Shown here: positions 60,400 to 64,000 of the stretch, piece after piece | How positions within the stretch are numbered: the stretch's first letter is position 1 | Layout: each line of letters starts with the position of its first letter | Source of the DNA: Selaginella moellendorffii | Taxonomy: Eukaryota; Plantae; Lycopodiophyta | DNA length: 64,000 nt | Assembly (NCBI RefSeq): GCF_000143415.4 | Contig: NW_003314268.1 | Coordinates: 2,984,559-3,048,558, forward strand | Direction: 5' to 3' | Position numbers and translations under genes: made by a program | Notes under the pieces: generated by a model | Databases searched by the model: none | What the model was told of the DNA's origin: nothing | What the model saw: only the letters and a program-made list of their open reading frames with translations

Positions 60400-61322
60400 C
60401 AAACTTGACAGTTTGTCTTTAACCGACTCGGGACGAGGCGTCCCCAGATTCTCCAAACAAAGCCGACATGAGGGCACATACAACTATGGAATCTCTTCAG
60501 GCAAAAGTACCAAAAGTTCTTGTCCATTTGAGTTCAGTGATTTTGGAGTCATCTGGTCGATGTAAAGGACACCCTGTGCGAACAAATACCACGGCCACCT
60601 TGATGTTTCCACAGAAAAAACAACAAACGAGACATTACCTCCAGGTGATCATACTCATGTCGGAAAATTCCAGCAGTCCAGCCCCTGAAGGCAGTACCAA
60701 ATTTCTTCCCGTTGATGTCTTGAGCTTTCAACTCGGATCGATATCGGTCTCTGGAAACAAAGACGCAAGCTATAAAAGAGAATCTCTATGTATAAAGGAA
60801 TAGTAGGCTTGAGCGCCGTAAAAAGGTAGGCATCCTTCTAGAGTATCAGCTTCTCGCTCTTTCCCAAACTTGACAATCATTGGATTCACGAAAACGTACT
60901 CTTTGCCTTTGCCTCTTTCACCCTCGGGATTAAAGACCATGAGCCTGGCATTGACGCCTACTTGTGGAGCGGACAAGCCTACTCCATCTCTCCTGGCAAA
61001 AATGAAAAGAAAGACAAGAAAACAAGGCATGCCAACGTTGGACAGTGATGAAATTCGCAAGGAACATACCTGTACGTCACGTCCAGCATAAGCTTCTTGA
61101 CCTTATCATCGAAGGAACTGATGCGGATGTTCCTCGCGCGGAGCTTGGGATCGGCATACAAGACAATGCTGAGATTGGAATTGAATTCCACAGGGCCAGC
61201 TGCGAGGAAACAAGAAAATCAGGAGACAAGAACCCTATACCACGCAATCTCACCGCTCGCCGCAAGATCGGTGAGTTCTTCATGCAATGCATGCGCTTTT
61301 CCTTGGAAATTTCGGGCTTTTG
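60400..61322 (-). pseudogene. PDF1B: Plastid peptide deformylase PDF1B pseudogene, intron-containing, 5'-truncated
   Basis: YADPKLRARN, DGVGLSAPQVG, EGCLP, HEYDHL; frameshift near 60730, no obvious donor after the EGCL exon, short deletions, no in-frame start. Confidence 0.85.
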
Positions 61323-61329
61323 ATCGATC

Positions 61330-62117
61330 CCCACTGCGAGGCCGCGCTAGAAATGCCGTGCCATGGCGTCGGCGGCCACCGATGCGGCTCCAAAGCGCGA
61401 GACCGATCCGAAGAAGGGAATGGGACTCGTCTCGCTGTTTGGAAACGATGTGGACACGTACTACGACAAGCTCCTGGATGGGCAGAGTGGAGTCGGGCTG
61501 ATCGATCGCTTCGATGCCTCCCAGTGACCTACCAAGTTTGCGGCACAGATTCGTGACTTCTCGGCGAAAGGCTACATTGATGGCAAGAACGATCGCCGGC
61601 TGGATGACTGCCTTAGGTACGGAATCGTTGGTGGTAAGAGAGCTCTGGAGCACGCTGATCTTGGACGAGACAAGCTCGACAAGGTAGCAAACCTCTCTCT
61701 TTTGTTCTTGTTTTCTAAAGGAGCAATTTTATTTACCAGGTTGACAAGCAAAGAGTGGGCGTACTCATTGGCTCCGGAATGGGAGGGCTCCCAGTTTTCT
61801 CTGATGGAGTCCAGTCGCTGATCGAGAAGGAATATAGACGGATCACTCCGTTTTTCATTCCTTACTCGATTACCAACATGGCGTCGGCATTGCTGACTAT
61901 AGAGCTGGGACTTACGGGACCAAACTACTCGATTTCTACTGCCTGTGCCACCTCGAATTACTGCTCTATGCGGCAGCAAACTCTATTCGTAGAGGTGAAG
62001 CTGACATGATGGTGGTCATTCCAGTCAGCTTGGGTGGCTTTGTAACTCCAATCCACAGACTGCATCGAGGCCGTGGGACAAAGGCCGAGAAGGATTTGTG
62101 ATGGGTGAAGGCTCTGA
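61330..62117 (+). pseudogene. KASI: Plastid 3-ketoacyl-ACP synthase I pseudogene, 5' half only
   Basis: [70 protein letters not shown]; in-frame TGA near 61525, frameshift near 61965, several deletions. Confidence 0.9.
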
Positions 62118-64000
62118 GTTATCTATTTATTCCATAATGTATAATTAAAATAAAAAGAAGTTAAATTATACATTAAAAATGAATTTTAAATCAAATTTAG
62201 ACTTATTTTTATACATAGAAGAAAATTAAAAATGAATAACTTTTTTAATTATGATATTATAACTTATAAGCCACTAGCTATATGAGAGATTGGTTTATAT
62301 TTATATTTATTAATATTATATAGCCTAGACTTGAGTAGTTTTTTTTTTTTAAAATATTTTGTTTAAAATATAAAAATTTTTACCAATGTATTACCATATG
62401 GCTCTTGTAAGCTTGGGTTTAGATGGCATGGCTAATATTCACTATTCAATCCATTTCTCTGAAAACCATGGGATTGAATATTTGAATCAATGTTGTTTGA
62501 CAGTCATCAAAAACATTTATCAGATGTACTCTATTTCTTTAACTACAGCTCTAACTCTACAATATCTTTCTACTCCAAGATTGCCACTTGTGCAAGGAGT
62601 ACTTCCAAGTTGATGCAACAAGCAGTCCATCTTCTATAAGCTAGAGATTGACATTTGAGGCCATGTGGACAATTAAAACTATTAAATATATCTATATTAG
62701 AATAATTTTTGGGACAAAACCAACAGCTTTATTTATGAAGAGTATGGGAATTTTTGAGCATATGGTGCTAAAAGTGAATTCAAGGTTTTGTATGACATCC
62801 CCACTAATTGAAAATAACATGGTTAAAACTTCATAAGAGGTGCGAACTAATTTTTGGTATGATTTTTACTTAGCTTTTTTTTTTCTACAGATCATTCTTC
62901 AAAAGTATGAATTTGAAACTAATAGGCTACTACCATTAGAAAGTCTAAAGAAGATCTTAGGATCTTACTTTGCTACACCATAAATAACACAAAAATAAAT
63001 TTGTTTTGTGCCCTTACAATTTATAGCCTTAGAGTTATGGAAACAAAAAAAAAAAAAAAAAACAGGATCCTTAGCTTATGTTTAAAAAAAAACTAAAATC
63101 TTGTTAGCCATTGAATGCCAGTGATTACAAAATGTAGAGTTATGTTTGGTTTGGAAGAGGGATCTTTAATGCCAACACAAATAAAATTTGAATAATCTAA
63201 GTATGTTAAAACTATATAGTTTTTATTATGTTTTTTGTTTGCTTAAGCAGTGTAGAATAATTTTACTTCTCAGAAAATTTATATTATTGAGACTTGAGTA
63301 GTATAAGAATTCTAATTACAATGTTCAAGGCACTTTGTTTCTTTCTTTTTTCTTAAATATCACGTCTTTAGAGGTAGGATAGATGTACTAGATGGTATAT
63401 TCTGATTTTATGCGTTCTAATCATCTTCCCAGCCTCCAGGCCATGGAGCGCTTCACCAACCAGATGATCCTGCCAAGCGCGTCCACATAATTGACTATGG
63501 GGTCCTCTATGGCGATCAATGGCCATCGCTCATCATCATATATACATTCTTCCTATTGGGAGTTTGCTGAGGGAAGTTTACATTCTCTCTCACTACAATG
63601 TTTTTTGGTGGTGTTTCTATATAATTTTAGATATGGTTTCACATTAATTTCCAGAAGTATTTTCTGACAACAATAAAGCAATATAAATTTTAGTTGAAGA
63701 CATAGTAGAACTTTAAGAAAGGCTTGCCCATATTGTGGAGGTTACATTAATGCAAATTATATAGATCAAATTGTGAAGAGCATTAATAATGTTCCAAAAA
63801 CTTCATACTTGAAAGATCCATCTTGCAATTTTTGGTGAATAATATTAAATTTTTTGTTTACTTACATAGGCAAGTAAACACTTTCAACAATGGATGAGTT
63901 AAAGACATTGCAGCTTGATATTGGATAATATGGGCTTATAATAAACTGGGTAGATTTGATGGTTGGCTGTGACATGAATAATTTGATCAAACTATAATCT

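Noticed and set aside
9499-62117. Biosynthetic gene cluster from GH3, KASI, SET and PDF
   Set aside because: The genes are far apart, separated by housekeeping genes, and KASI/PDF1B are pseudogenes
60400-62117. Bacterial def/fabF genes (contamination or recent HGT)
   Set aside because: Spliceosomal introns, transit-peptide remnants and plant-type motifs indicate nuclear plant paralogues

Overview
Eukaryotic nuclear DNA from a non-flowering land plant. Very short GT-AG introns (about 40-150 nt), genes packed 50-400 bp apart, intronless PLS-class PPR genes and a LEAFY with Lys at the Arabidopsis R390 position fit a lycophyte such as Selaginella best (inference, no search run). The window has two gene-dense islands. 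Island 1 (1.1-11.4 kb): oleosin, NTF2, truncated VAL B3 factor, cohesin SCC3, GH3. Island 2 (21.4-56.7 kb): ATL RING-H2, TRS33, Mpv17/PMP22, GSO-like LRR-RLK, PPR, plastid RPL4, F-box/kelch, PNRC-motif protein, tRNA-Phe, GRXS15, LEAFY, chimeric bulb lectin, adenylate kinase, tRNA-Ala, CFL1-like WW protein, SmD2, TIC110, TPR-SET, organellar RPL1, NIP aquaporin. AT-rich decayed LTR-retrotransposon DNA lies between and after them (about 12-21.3 kb and 58-64 kb). It includes a 155-bp tandem array and decaying PPR, PDF1B and KASI gene fragments. I see no convincing multi-gene novel pathway or CRISPR-like system. The best leads are: stand-alone Pol III B-boxes and a 62-nt tRNA-like fold in tight intergenic gaps; a secreted lectin fused to an unrecognised domain; a fungal-type TPR-SET gene 52 bp upstream of RPL1; a PNRC2/Edc1-like decapping motif protein; a VAL lacking CW and EAR domains; and a promoter-less back-to-back PDF1B/KASI pseudogene pair. 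Coordinates were read by eye and multi-exon genes are given as overall spans.
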